Virus record (IMG/VR): IMGVR_UViG_3300024518_004509
Reading direction: 5' to 3' (one strand)
DNA: 64,000 bases
DNA from: an uncultured virus (IMG/VR IMGVR_UViG_3300024518_004509)
Taxonomy: Duplodnaviria; Heunggongvirae; Uroviricota; Caudoviricetes
Below, piece by piece: positions 51,332-59,616 of the stretch. The position numbers and the translations under genes are program-made. The notes below the pieces were generated by a model. That model was not told the DNA's origin, searched no databases, and saw nothing but the letters and a program-made list of their open reading frames with translations. Every line of letters begins with the position of its first letter. Positions within the stretch are counted from its first letter, which is position 1.

Positions 51332-51850
51332 ATGAATATGTCCTTATTAATACCAGACGGCGATACACTTGTAACTTATTATGTGTTGCCACTTGTCGGA
51401 CTCAACAGAAAATCTTTCGGTAATTGCTTCAAAGCTTCTTATGTAAATCAAGAAGGCTTAAAAATATACGTAGAACTCAAAAAGAATATGGTAGCTCCAT
51501 CTTACAGAACCAACCCTCACTATATCAGTGAGATGGTAATTGATGGTACACTGTTTGTAATTTTTACAGTTCCATCTGTATTTATAGTAGATGTAGAATT
51601 ATTTATCAGAGGTCAGTACTCAGAAATGCGTAAACAGGCCAAACAGGTAATTTATCATACATCTACTTTACCTTATAATAAAACCATGGGAAGCTTTACC
51701 ATGTCACATCCGGTTCTTCAAGCACTTGATAAGACCAAAACTCTTAGAGGGTTCTTGATAAATGAACTGGGCGTTACAACTTTAGCTGAAAGTGATGAAC
51801 TAATAGATGGACCACATGAATCGTGGTTCATAGAAAACAGAATAAAATAA
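51332..51850 (+). CDS. Hypothetical protein
   Basis: 172 aa, YVLPLVG...F.RGQYS motif. Confidence 0.65.
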   Translation: MNMSLLIPDGDTLVTYYVLPLVGLNRKSFGNCFKASYVNQEGLKIYVELKKNMVAPSYRTNPHYISEMVIDGTLFVIFTVPSVFIVDVELFIRGQYSEMRKQAKQVIYHTSTLPYNKTMGSFTMSHPVLQALDKTKTLRGFLINELGVTTLAESDELIDGPHESWFIENRIK

Positions 51851-51851
51851 C

Positions 51852-52154
51852 ATGAAAGCAACTGAAGGATATGATAGACTTGAAGGTTTATTAAAGAACT
51901 TAAATAATGTAGTAGAAAACTCTAAAATATGGAGATTACGTATAGCTAATAATGAACATCGATATAAAATTTTAATATATTATAAAGATACTCTTGTTAT
52001 AGTGAAAGAAACTATACTTACACCTCACATGACAGAAGAAGTTTTTCAAAATGAAGTAGGGCGACTATACAATTCATTATTTTTAGAACTATGTATGGCT
52101 GGATTATATCATAATAAAGAAGTTATTTTAAACTTACATAACAAAGAAAAATGA
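51852..52154 (+). CDS. Hypothetical protein
   Basis: 100 aa coupled ORF. Confidence 0.55.
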   Translation: MKATEGYDRLEGLLKNLNNVVENSKIWRLRIANNEHRYKILIYYKDTLVIVKETILTPHMTEEVFQNEVGRLYNSLFLELCMAGLYHNKEVILNLHNKEK

Positions 52155-53206
52155 AACAATTTAAACCACAACTCCTGCCTAACGATAAAGCAGGAGAATC
52201 TATAGATTGGGAATCACGCATAGGAAATCCATTGGATTGGATGATATCCCATAAATTTGATGGTGCAAGAGTTGAGCTCTTTCATGATGGAACCGTAAAA
52301 GGAAGAAGCCTGAAAGGATTGCCGTCTTTGCATGTCAATAGAATGGCAGAGGATTTTGCCTTGCTTACTCAACATTCAGGAGTAATTGAGGCAGAGTTCT
52401 ATGCACCTAACATGAACTTTTCTGAATTGATGCATTTCTTCAAGACTGAAGATGTAACATCAGATAAAACCATAGCTAAGTACACTAAATTATGGGAGAA
52501 AACGCAAGGAGATCCGGCAAAGGGCTGGAAATACCCTGGACGGACAGTTGAATGGCTTACCACTTGGCATCCTGAGCTTAAGTTCTACGTATTTGACCAT
52601 GTATTTATGGATGGTGATGACAGAACCAAGCTGGAAAGATATATGGCATTACAGCGCATCTTTAATCGTCAACACGTTCATGGAGATGATGGAATCCTTA
52701 TCCAACAATGGAAGTTCTCTTATATTGATGCTATCTACCAAGCCTATGATCAGGCTATACTTGATGGTGGTGAGGGACTGGTGATGATGCACAAGGACTC
52801 TGCTTATAAAATGGGCAGGTACACTCTTAACGCCGGCCAAGCATTCAAGATCAAGGATTCCAACAAGGATTTTGAAGGTGTTATTGTGGCAATAGAAGAA
52901 GGAACTGAAGCCAGAGCTGGCGCTGAAAGAACTATCAATGAACTGGGACGTAGTAAAACATCTCAACTCAAGGAAGATAGAATTCCATCAGGATTAGCTA
53001 AAGGATTCAGAGTACGTATGGATGATGGCAATGAGCTTATTGTATCTTTAAATGGCTTTAATCATGCTGACAGAAGAGCATTGCTTGGAGGAGGACCTGC
53101 TACAAGTATTGTAGGTAAACGTATCAAATTTACCGGTATGGCACCAACTAAACCTGGTGGTTGTCCAAGACATGCTCATTATACTAAAGGAAATTTAAGA
53201 AATTGA
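52151..53206 (+). CDS. ATP-dependent DNA ligase
   Basis: KFDGAR adenylation motif, EAEF, FYVFD, EGLV and YK.GR. Confidence 0.9.
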   Translation: MKQFKPQLLPNDKAGESIDWESRIGNPLDWMISHKFDGARVELFHDGTVKGRSLKGLPSLHVNRMAEDFALLTQHSGVIEAEFYAPNMNFSELMHFFKTEDVTSDKTIAKYTKLWEKTQGDPAKGWKYPGRTVEWLTTWHPELKFYVFDHVFMDGDDRTKLERYMALQRIFNRQHVHGDDGILIQQWKFSYIDAIYQAYDQAILDGGEGLVMMHKDSAYKMGRYTLNAGQAFKIKDSNKDFEGVIVAIEEGTEARAGAERTINELGRSKTSQLKEDRIPSGLAKGFRVRMDDGNELIVSLNGFNHADRRALLGGGPATSIVGKRIKFTGMAPTKPGGCPRHAHYTKGNLRN

Positions 53207-53565
53207 TTATGGGAGTTTGTACAAATGGGGACATACAAATAATGTTCCAAACTGAAGAAGATGCTGATTTAGTATATAAACAGCTTCAAAAAATAGAAGA
53301 GTTGACTTCTGAACGAATAAAAGAACCTGCACATTTTAATTTACAGGAAATTCATGTAGACGGTGATATGCTTAATTGTAATGTGTATGCTGATAGAACA
53401 CCTAATGGAGAATTTCAAGTAGAGCAAGTAGTTGAACTACTTAGAATTTTGGTGCAAGAAGCTAAAATACAACCACCTCATAGTTTTGAGGCAGAACTCT
53501 TGATACAACATCAAGGGTGGAGTTTAGATGAAGAGAATTTTGGTGAAGATTTAACTGATAGATAA
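53203..53565 (+). CDS. Hypothetical protein
   Basis: About 120 aa. Likely start at ATG 53209. Confidence 0.55.
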   Translation: MIMGVCTNGDIQIMFQTEEDADLVYKQLQKIEELTSERIKEPAHFNLQEIHVDGDMLNCNVYADRTPNGEFQVEQVVELLRILVQEAKIQPPHSFEAELLIQHQGWSLDEENFGEDLTDR

Positions 53566-53756
53566 TGAGTAAATTATTCACATATTATGTAAGCACTGGA
53601 GGTGGATCAGATCCACAAGAAGTGACTGTTGAAGAAGATAATCTGAGTCCACAGGTAATAGACCTTTTTACAGGGAATTTAATTAATGAATTTACTAAAC
53701 TTCCTACTGCATCAAAGAATAAATTTGTTGCTTGGATTAAAAATACTCAATTATGA
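53565..53756 (+). CDS. Hypothetical protein
   Basis: 63 aa, TAATG coupling. Confidence 0.5.
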   Translation: MSKLFTYYVSTGGGSDPQEVTVEEDNLSPQVIDLFTGNLINEFTKLPTASKNKFVAWIKNTQL

Positions 53757-53897
53757 ACAAGAAACTTAATTTTGAAGAGTGGTATGAAGCTAATGAAGAT
53801 AATATAAACATTGAGTTAGCTGAGAATGGTGCTGATAGAGAGTTGGATTTCGATTCTGAAAGAGAATTTGATAAAAGATACCAAAAATATTTAGAAG

Positions 53898-55472
53898 ATG
53901 AGTAAACCAATTATATATTGGATAGACCTGTTCAGTGGCGCCGGTGGTACATCTACCGGCATCCACTTGGCAGAAGCCAATGCAGGAGTGGTAGCTTGTG
54001 TCAATCATGACTCTACAGCTATTGCTTCTCATCTGGAGAACCATCCTGACTGTCTTCATTTCATTGAGGATATCAGAGATTTCGCTGTTGTGGTGAAACT
54101 TAAAAAACTTGTAAAAATCTTACGTGAACGAGATCCGAGCTGTCATATCAATATTTGGGCATCTCTTGAGTGTACTAACTACTCAAAGGCAAAAGGAGGA
54201 CTACCACGGGATGCTGACAGTAGAACTCTTGCATGGGATTTGTTGATGTACCTTGAACACCTTAAACCTGATTACCTGTATATTGAGAATGTTGCAGAGT
54301 TCTTGGCTTGGGGACCACTTGATGAGAACGGACGTCCTATCTCAATGAAGAAAGGATGTGATTATACCAAATGGGTAGAAGCTGTAAAACAATATGGATT
54401 CTCATATGACTACAGGATCCTGAATGCTGCTGATTATGGAGCTGCTCAAATACGTCGAAGATACTTTGGTGTATTTGCTTATGGTAACCTGCCTATTGAT
54501 TTTCCTGAAGGGACTCATTATGATCCGAAAAAATTCAGGAGGAAAGATGGACTGTTTGAGTTTGGTAAAGAACCTTGGAGAGCAGTCAAGGAAGTTCTTG
54601 AATTACACGATCAAGGTAACAGTATTTTTACACGTAAGAAAGATTTAGTAGACAATACACTTGAGCGTATTTATGCCGGTTTACAGAAATTTGCAGGTGA
54701 AACTGCTTTTATGAAGAAATATTACTCTGGCAGACCTAAAGGAAAGGTCACAAGTATTGAACGTCCTGCAGGTACACTTACAACAGCATGCAATCAGGCA
54801 ATTGTACAACCACTGTTTCTCACAGAATATTATGGCAATGGTAGAGCGCAATCTCTTGAGAGGCCCTGTCCAACAGTTGTTACCAAGGATCGATTTGCTC
54901 TTAATTATTTACTGTATGACTACTCTAACTTTACTGCAAGTTTTCTCAACAGACCTGCTGGAACTGTAACTACAAATCCAAAGCACAAACTTATGAGTAC
55001 ATGGCTTATGGATCCAAGTTTCAGAAATGTTGGAACTCCGGTCACAGAACCATCACCAACAGTGCTTGCCTGCAGAAAACATAAATATATTGTGTCTCCC
55101 GAGTGGCTCACTGATACTCAATACGGGCGTGTAGGACAAAGTTTGGATAAACCTTCCTTTACTCTTATTGCACGTATGGATAAAAAACCACCTTACTACA
55201 TTAAGACTGAGGTAGGTATACCTACAGTGGAGTTTTTACCTGATGACTCTCTTATCATGTTCAAGATAAAACATTTCATGCGTGTACACGGTATCACAGA
55301 TATCAAGATGCGTATGCTAAATTTGTTAGAACTGAAAAGGATTCAAGGCTTTCCCGATGATTATAAGATGCGAGGTACTATTACCGAACAGAAAAAACAC
55401 ATTGGAAATGCTGTACAGGTAGATCAAGCTGTTGCACTTATTAATGCAAATTACAATTCCCTCTGTGCTTAA
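53898..55472 (+). CDS. C5-cytosine DNA methyltransferase with repeated internal units
   Basis: DLFSGAGG, catalytic SLECTNYS, ENV, Q.R.R and QGFP...IGNAV motifs. Five S..RP..T.T-type repeats. Confidence 0.9.
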   Translation: MSKPIIYWIDLFSGAGGTSTGIHLAEANAGVVACVNHDSTAIASHLENHPDCLHFIEDIRDFAVVVKLKKLVKILRERDPSCHINIWASLECTNYSKAKGGLPRDADSRTLAWDLLMYLEHLKPDYLYIENVAEFLAWGPLDENGRPISMKKGCDYTKWVEAVKQYGFSYDYRILNAADYGAAQIRRRYFGVFAYGNLPIDFPEGTHYDPKKFRRKDGLFEFGKEPWRAVKEVLELHDQGNSIFTRKKDLVDNTLERIYAGLQKFAGETAFMKKYYSGRPKGKVTSIERPAGTLTTACNQAIVQPLFLTEYYGNGRAQSLERPCPTVVTKDRFALNYLLYDYSNFTASFLNRPAGTVTTNPKHKLMSTWLMDPSFRNVGTPVTEPSPTVLACRKHKYIVSPEWLTDTQYGRVGQSLDKPSFTLIARMDKKPPYYIKTEVGIPTVEFLPDDSLIMFKIKHFMRVHGITDIKMRMLNLLELKRIQGFPDDYKMRGTITEQKKHIGNAVQVDQAVALINANYNSLCA

Positions 55473-55629
55473 GCAGAGGGTTTAAATATAAATAACATGG
55501 AATCAGAACTAAGAATTGAATATATAGGTCCCGATGGACTTGCATATTGGCATGGTAAATTATCAACACTCAAGAAAACTTTTTCTAACCCTATTATTAT
55601 CAGTAAAAAACCTATAACTTTGGAAGAAT

Positions 55630-56433
55630 ATGGATAAAACTACAATTGATTTACATCAATACGATCTTATAATAATTAATTCCAGTGCTGGAAAAGACAG
55701 TCTTTGCTCTATTTTTGAAATCTGTAGTATAGCAGCCAGACAAAATTACAGTAAAAAGAACATTGTTGTATCTCATCAAGACCTTGGAGAAATGGAATGG
55801 AAAGGTACACGGGAATTGGCTATAAAACAAGCTCATCTGTTTGGACTTAGAATTTATATTTCCAAAAGACGAGATAAAAATGGGTATGAAGAAGACCTGT
55901 TGGAATATGTAGAACGAAGAGCAAAATGGCCTTCAAGTGCACAACGCTATTGTACCAGTGACTTTAAAAGAGGACCGGGTGCCAGAGTAGTTACTATGCT
56001 CACAAAATCTATGGGAATTTGTAAGGTTCTTTATGTATTTGGTTTTAGGAAAGAAGAAAGTCCAGCCAGAAGTAAGAAATTAGTTTTAGCTCCTAATAAA
56101 ATGCTCACTACTAAAAGAAGAACTGTAGATGATTATTTACCTATACATACATGGAAAGTTGACCGAGTCTGGAGAGTTATCAAACACAATAGTTTACCTT
56201 ATCATTATGCATATGACTTGAAAATGCCGAGACTATCTTGCGTATTTTGTATTTTCTCACCATTTGATGCACTGGTTGTAGCAGGTAAAGCTAACCCGGA
56301 ATTATTAGACCGGTATATTGAAATTGAACAAAAAATAAATCATACCTTTAAAAATAAATTCGCTATTGTAGAAGTCAGAACAGCTATAGAAAATAATTAT
56401 GAACCTAAAAATATTCCTGATTGGACAATGTAA
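55630..56433 (+). CDS. PAPS-reductase-family (PP-loop) protein
   Basis: SAGKDS, RYCTSDFK, GFRKEESPAR and RLSCVFC motifs. Confidence 0.85.
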   Translation: MDKTTIDLHQYDLIIINSSAGKDSLCSIFEICSIAARQNYSKKNIVVSHQDLGEMEWKGTRELAIKQAHLFGLRIYISKRRDKNGYEEDLLEYVERRAKWPSSAQRYCTSDFKRGPGARVVTMLTKSMGICKVLYVFGFRKEESPARSKKLVLAPNKMLTTKRRTVDDYLPIHTWKVDRVWRVIKHNSLPYHYAYDLKMPRLSCVFCIFSPFDALVVAGKANPELLDRYIEIEQKINHTFKNKFAIVEVRTAIENNYEPKNIPDWTM

Positions 56434-57020
56434 TGAAAAAATTAAATAATCCTACACAAGAAGAATGGTTTGATTTCTGGTGTCAGGAAATGATAGAAGC
56501 CGGTTTCATTGAAAGAGTTGATACTCCTGTAGATTATGGAGTAATTAAACTTTTCGAAAAAATAGTTAAATCTGCTAAAGGAAGAAATTATGTTATACTT
56601 GAATCAATCACCTATAAACCTGACAGGGTTCTATGGTGGACTCAAAAAGGATGGAATAAGATTTGGTCTACAATGGATCAATTTGAAGGTACTTATTTTA
56701 TAGCACATCAAGAACCTACAACAGAAAAATACTTTTCATTAGTAGAGGTTAAAGCTCCACCAGGTTACGGAGGTCGAAATACTTCAGATGCATCTTTTAG
56801 AGTAAAACAAAAATGGGTATGGGAAAAAATGGCACTGTATGTAAATAAAGTATACAACTACCCTATGGGTAAAACTAAAAAAGGAAAGTTTAAAGCAGAA
56901 GGCCCATATCTTTGGATGAGAACCTTTACACCTACAAGGTATTTCTTTACAGACAAAACCTTTACAGCAAAAAGCATTAAAAATTGGAATGCATTACCTA
57001 TTGATAATTGGTTAAACTGA
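56421..57020 (+). CDS. Putative PD-(D/E)XK nuclease
   Basis: N-terminal EEW, then TYKPD...VEVK...F..KQKW pattern. Confidence 0.55.
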   Translation: MDNVMKKLNNPTQEEWFDFWCQEMIEAGFIERVDTPVDYGVIKLFEKIVKSAKGRNYVILESITYKPDRVLWWTQKGWNKIWSTMDQFEGTYFIAHQEPTTEKYFSLVEVKAPPGYGGRNTSDASFRVKQKWVWEKMALYVNKVYNYPMGKTKKGKFKAEGPYLWMRTFTPTRYFFTDKTFTAKSIKNWNALPIDNWLN

Positions 57021-57152
57021 TACAAATTACATAAAATTAAAACATACTTATTATGAAAGAAAATATACCGTATAATTATGCTACAGATTGTAGTATTGAC
57101 TACTCTAACAGAGAAGAATTTTTAAAATATTAAATTGTAAAATTTAAAGAAT

Positions 57153-57368
57153 ATGAACAAATTTGAAACAATAAACATGGTTGACACTTACGAAGTTGAC
57201 GGAACAGAAACTAAAGGACTTAGTTCTGAAAGACCTAAAATAAGAATTACAAATCATTGGAATAGGAAAGAGTTTGTTAATGTTGAAATGAATGGTAAAA
57301 CATATACTGTTTTAGCTGAGCAATTAAAACGAGCTATTGATAACGCACAAAATGCACATTCTTATTAA
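57153..57368 (+). CDS. Array ORF, hypothetical (71 aa)
   Basis: Stop is followed immediately by ACTGTAGAATATG. Confidence 0.7.
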   Translation: MNKFETINMVDTYEVDGTETKGLSSERPKIRITNHWNRKEFVNVEMNGKTYTVLAEQLKRAIDNAQNAHSY

Positions 57369-57378
57369 ACTGTAGAAT

Positions 57379-57675
57379 ATGGAAATTACGACAAAACAGA
57401 GAAAAGCACTTGAAATTTTAGCAAGTAAAAGACAGGTTTCAGCAAGAGATTTTGCATTAAGAATGTGGACTGATAGTAATATGCATAAAAAAGTGTCAAA
57501 TCAAGGAAATGGGGCTACCAGAGGTAAAGCGGGCTGGTTGTGTGGAGGAAGTTATTTATCTAAACTCGAAATATTAGGATTGGCAAAAAGGTCAAGGTGG
57601 GATGAAAACGGCAACCATATTAGCATTTCTACTTTTGAAATTACTGAAAAAGGAAAATTATTAATACAAAATTAG
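57379..57675 (+). CDS. Array ORF, winged-helix-like (98 aa)
   Basis: ITTKQRKALEIL...YLSKLEILGL...FEITEKGK. Confidence 0.65.
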   Translation: MEITTKQRKALEILASKRQVSARDFALRMWTDSNMHKKVSNQGNGATRGKAGWLCGGSYLSKLEILGLAKRSRWDENGNHISISTFEITEKGKLLIQN

Positions 57676-57682
57676 TGTAATT

Positions 57683-57823
57683 ATGATAACAGAACAAGAT
57701 TTAAAAAACGCTTTTAATAGTGGTAGGTCATATTCAGGTATGCCAAATGGATTTAATGATTTTGTACAAGAAAAATGGAAATATGAAAATTTTGAAGATT
57801 ATAAAAAACACCTAAAACTGTAA
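57683..57823 (+). CDS. Array ORF, 46 aa
   Basis: MITEQDLKNAFNSGR...YKKHLKL. Bounded by junction repeats. Confidence 0.65.
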   Translation: MITEQDLKNAFNSGRSYSGMPNGFNDFVQEKWKYENFEDYKKHLKL

Positions 57824-57825
57824 TT

Positions 57826-58128
57826 ATGAGAACGTGGAGTTATTACAATAATGAATTTAAAACAGGAGTGAAAGAAAAAGCATTATTTAAGTCTTTTGAT
57901 TATCAATATACGTTTAAAGGATTAACTCTGTTAGAAATTTCAATAGCGTACAGAAGTAATTTAAGAACCAATAAAGATTATAGGGAATATGATATGGGTA
58001 AAAAAGAGATTAATTACTCATTTGATAATTTATGGCTAACACTTTTTTCTAACAAGTATTATTTCTTGTATGTAAGTTGGTCTTATTTTCATAAAGCAAT
58101 AGAATTTTTTAAACCAAAATATAAATAA
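57826..58128 (+). CDS. Array ORF, 100 aa
   Basis: Bounded by exact junction repeats. Confidence 0.65.
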   Translation: MRTWSYYNNEFKTGVKEKALFKSFDYQYTFKGLTLLEISIAYRSNLRTNKDYREYDMGKKEINYSFDNLWLTLFSNKYYFLYVSWSYFHKAIEFFKPKYK

Positions 58129-58137
58129 ACTGTAATT

Positions 58138-58278
58138 ATGGGAAACGATGTAAATATAATTGACAAAGCTATTCGGAATACTAGAAGAAAATTAAATGCA
58201 AAATGGTTTACCTATGGATTTATAATAGGAGTGATGTTTTGCGTTGCAACTATAATGATAATAACATTAATACTGTAA
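58138..58278 (+). CDS. Array ORF, 46 aa, C-terminal TM helix
   Basis: MGNDVNIIDKAIRNTRRKLNAKWFTYGFIIGVMFCVATIMIITLIL. Confidence 0.65.
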   Translation: MGNDVNIIDKAIRNTRRKLNAKWFTYGFIIGVMFCVATIMIITLIL

Positions 58279-58280
58279 TT

Positions 58281-58442
58281 ATGAAGAAAGGACAAATGTA
58301 TTTTTATTTAGGTAGAATATTTATAGCAAAAAAAATAAGTGGTAATGATGTTTTACCGACTAAATCGTGGGGTGCAGCAATGAGTTGGCATCCGATTAGA
58401 CATTGTAAAATAATAGAAGGAATTATTAACTTTAAACTGTAA
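58281..58442 (+). CDS. Array ORF, 53 aa
   Basis: MKKGQMYFYLGR...IINFKL. Bounded by junction repeats. Confidence 0.6.
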   Translation: MKKGQMYFYLGRIFIAKKISGNDVLPTKSWGAAMSWHPIRHCKIIEGIINFKL

Positions 58443-58444
58443 TT

Positions 58445-58567
58445 ATGGAAACTGCTAATAAGTGGAAAGAACGAGCAAAAAGAGATAGGAAATATAGAAA
58501 ATATTATCAGTTGAGAAATAAGGTAATTCTATTTATGGCTGATATAAAAGATAACTTAAAACTGTAA
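58445..58567 (+). CDS. Array ORF, 40 aa, basic
   Basis: METANKWKERAKRDRKYRKYYQLRNKVILFMADIKDNLKL. Confidence 0.55.
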   Translation: METANKWKERAKRDRKYRKYYQLRNKVILFMADIKDNLKL

Positions 58568-58662
58568 TATTCTTATGTGACTGTAATGTGACTAAGCGAG
58601 TAAAATAGAGAAAATTCACTCACAAAACCTATGTGATAGGGATGTGACTAAATACTGTAATT

Positions 58663-58746
58663 ATGACATATTTCCCAGAAATAGAGCAATTCACGATGTA
58701 TGAAGATTATCATACCACAACAGACGATAAAACAACAATCAAATAA
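58663..58746 (+). CDS. Array ORF, 27 aa
   Basis: MTYFPEIEQFTMYEDYHTTTDDKTTIK. Fills the interval between two exact repeats. Confidence 0.45.
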   Translation: MTYFPEIEQFTMYEDYHTTTDDKTTIK

Positions 58747-58755
58747 ACTGTAATT

Positions 58756-58881
58756 ATGAGAAAATATTTCACCTACTACAAAAAAAGAGTAACGGTAGAA
58801 TTTGCTAAAAAAAGATGTTGGCGACATATTGTATTGAAACACAGTCCTTGTAAGAAAGATTGTGGTGCAAGTATTTGTTAA
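58756..58881 (+). CDS. Array ORF, 41 aa, Cys-rich
   Basis: MRKYFTYYKKRVTVEFAKKRCWRHIVLKHSPCKKDCGASIC. Confidence 0.5.
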   Translation: MRKYFTYYKKRVTVEFAKKRCWRHIVLKHSPCKKDCGASIC

Positions 58882-58884
58882 AAA

Positions 58885-58912
58885 GTCCAGTTAATTAGTT
58901 AAAAAACTGGAC
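58885..58912. repeat. 28-bp palindromic site, copy 1
   Basis: GTCCAGTTAAT-TAGTTA-AAAAACTGGAC. Confidence 0.8.
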
Positions 58913-58941
58913 AAAAGAATAATTTTAAAACTGTAATAATC

Positions 58942-59061
58942 ATGGAAAAATCATTAAGTCCTAAACAGGCGAAAAATAGAAGATATAAAAAAGTTGGTGG
59001 TGGTGGTTGTATGGTTACAATCGTAATAGGAATTATATCAATACTATCATTAATACTGTAA
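58942..59061 (+). CDS. Array ORF, 39 aa, C-terminal TM helix
   Basis: MEKSLSPKQAKNRRYKKVGGGGCMVTIVIGIISILSLIL. Confidence 0.6.
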   Translation: MEKSLSPKQAKNRRYKKVGGGGCMVTIVIGIISILSLIL

Positions 59062-59063
59062 TT

Positions 59064-59246
59064 ATGTGGGAATATAAAACTGAATATAAAGGAGTTCACG
59101 AAGTAAATCTTTCACATATGGAAACGTATTTAAACAAAAAAGGAAAAGAGGGTTGGGAATTGGTGTATATCATATCAAAGAACTTTAGGGATAATGTACA
59201 CGAATTTGCTAACCACACTTTTATTTTTAAAAGACAATCTAAATAA
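59064..59246 (+). CDS. Array ORF, DUF4177-like protein
   Basis: MWEYK...LNKKGKEGWELV...FIFKR signature. Begins exactly at the junction ATG. Confidence 0.75.
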   Translation: MWEYKTEYKGVHEVNLSHMETYLNKKGKEGWELVYIISKNFRDNVHEFANHTFIFKRQSK

Positions 59247-59265
59247 ACTGTAAATACTAAATATT

Positions 59266-59454
59266 ATGAAAGTTAATAAAAATTATTACAATAAAAATTG
59301 GAAAATTTTGCGACTAAAAGTTCCAAATGATCCAATAGGAATAAAAGAATGGTTATGGATGATCTGGGGATTTGATATATTTTTTGGTAGAGTGCCCTTT
59401 TTAAAAGTTATAGTACTATGTAACATTTTAATATGGGTATTTTTATTCTTGTAA
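59266..59454 (+). CDS. Array ORF, 62 aa, C-terminal hydrophobic helix
   Basis: Preceded by ACTGTAA, ends in TTGTAA. Confidence 0.55.
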   Translation: MKVNKNYYNKNWKILRLKVPNDPIGIKEWLWMIWGFDIFFGRVPFLKVIVLCNILIWVFLFL

Positions 59455-59456
59455 AT

Positions 59457-59484
59457 GTCCAGTTAATTCGATAATAAACTGGAC
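59457..59484. repeat. 28-bp palindromic site, copy 2
   Basis: GTCCAGTTAAT-TCGATA-ATAAACTGGAC. Confidence 0.8.
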
Positions 59485-59490
59485 AAAACT

Positions 59491-59572
59491 GAAAAAGCCC
59501 CACCGAAGTAGAGCTTTTGAATCAAGAATAACTTTTTGTTTAACTTAAAACCTTATGAACTATACAAATATA
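59491..59572 (-). ncRNA. Candidate small RNA 1 (promoter to UUCG terminator)
   Basis: TATATTTG at 59572-65. Terminator GCTCTAC-TTCG-GTGGGGC-TTTTT pairs only on the minus strand (G-U pairs). Confidence 0.55.
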
Positions 59573-59616
59573 GTGTATTTTAATTAAATGTTATAACTTT
59601 ACCTAAAATAAAAATC

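Larger units (their letters stand above)
57053..59454 (+). repeat. Array of about 13 small ORFs separated by the ACTGTAATTATG junction repeat
   Basis: Exact 12-mer at 57817, 58129, 58272, 58436, 58654, 58747 and 59055. Variants at 57134, 57369, 57674, 58561, 58580, 58930 and 59247. Confidence 0.9.

Noticed and set aside
57800..59070. CRISPR array interpretation of the ACTGTAATTATG repeats
   Set aside because: The repeat is only 12 nt, the intervals are irregular (about 90-310 nt) and are ORFs, and no cas genes are present.
57053..59484. Classical integron
   Set aside because: No intI gene, no GTTRRRY/RYYYAAC cores and no attC-length fold at the junctions.
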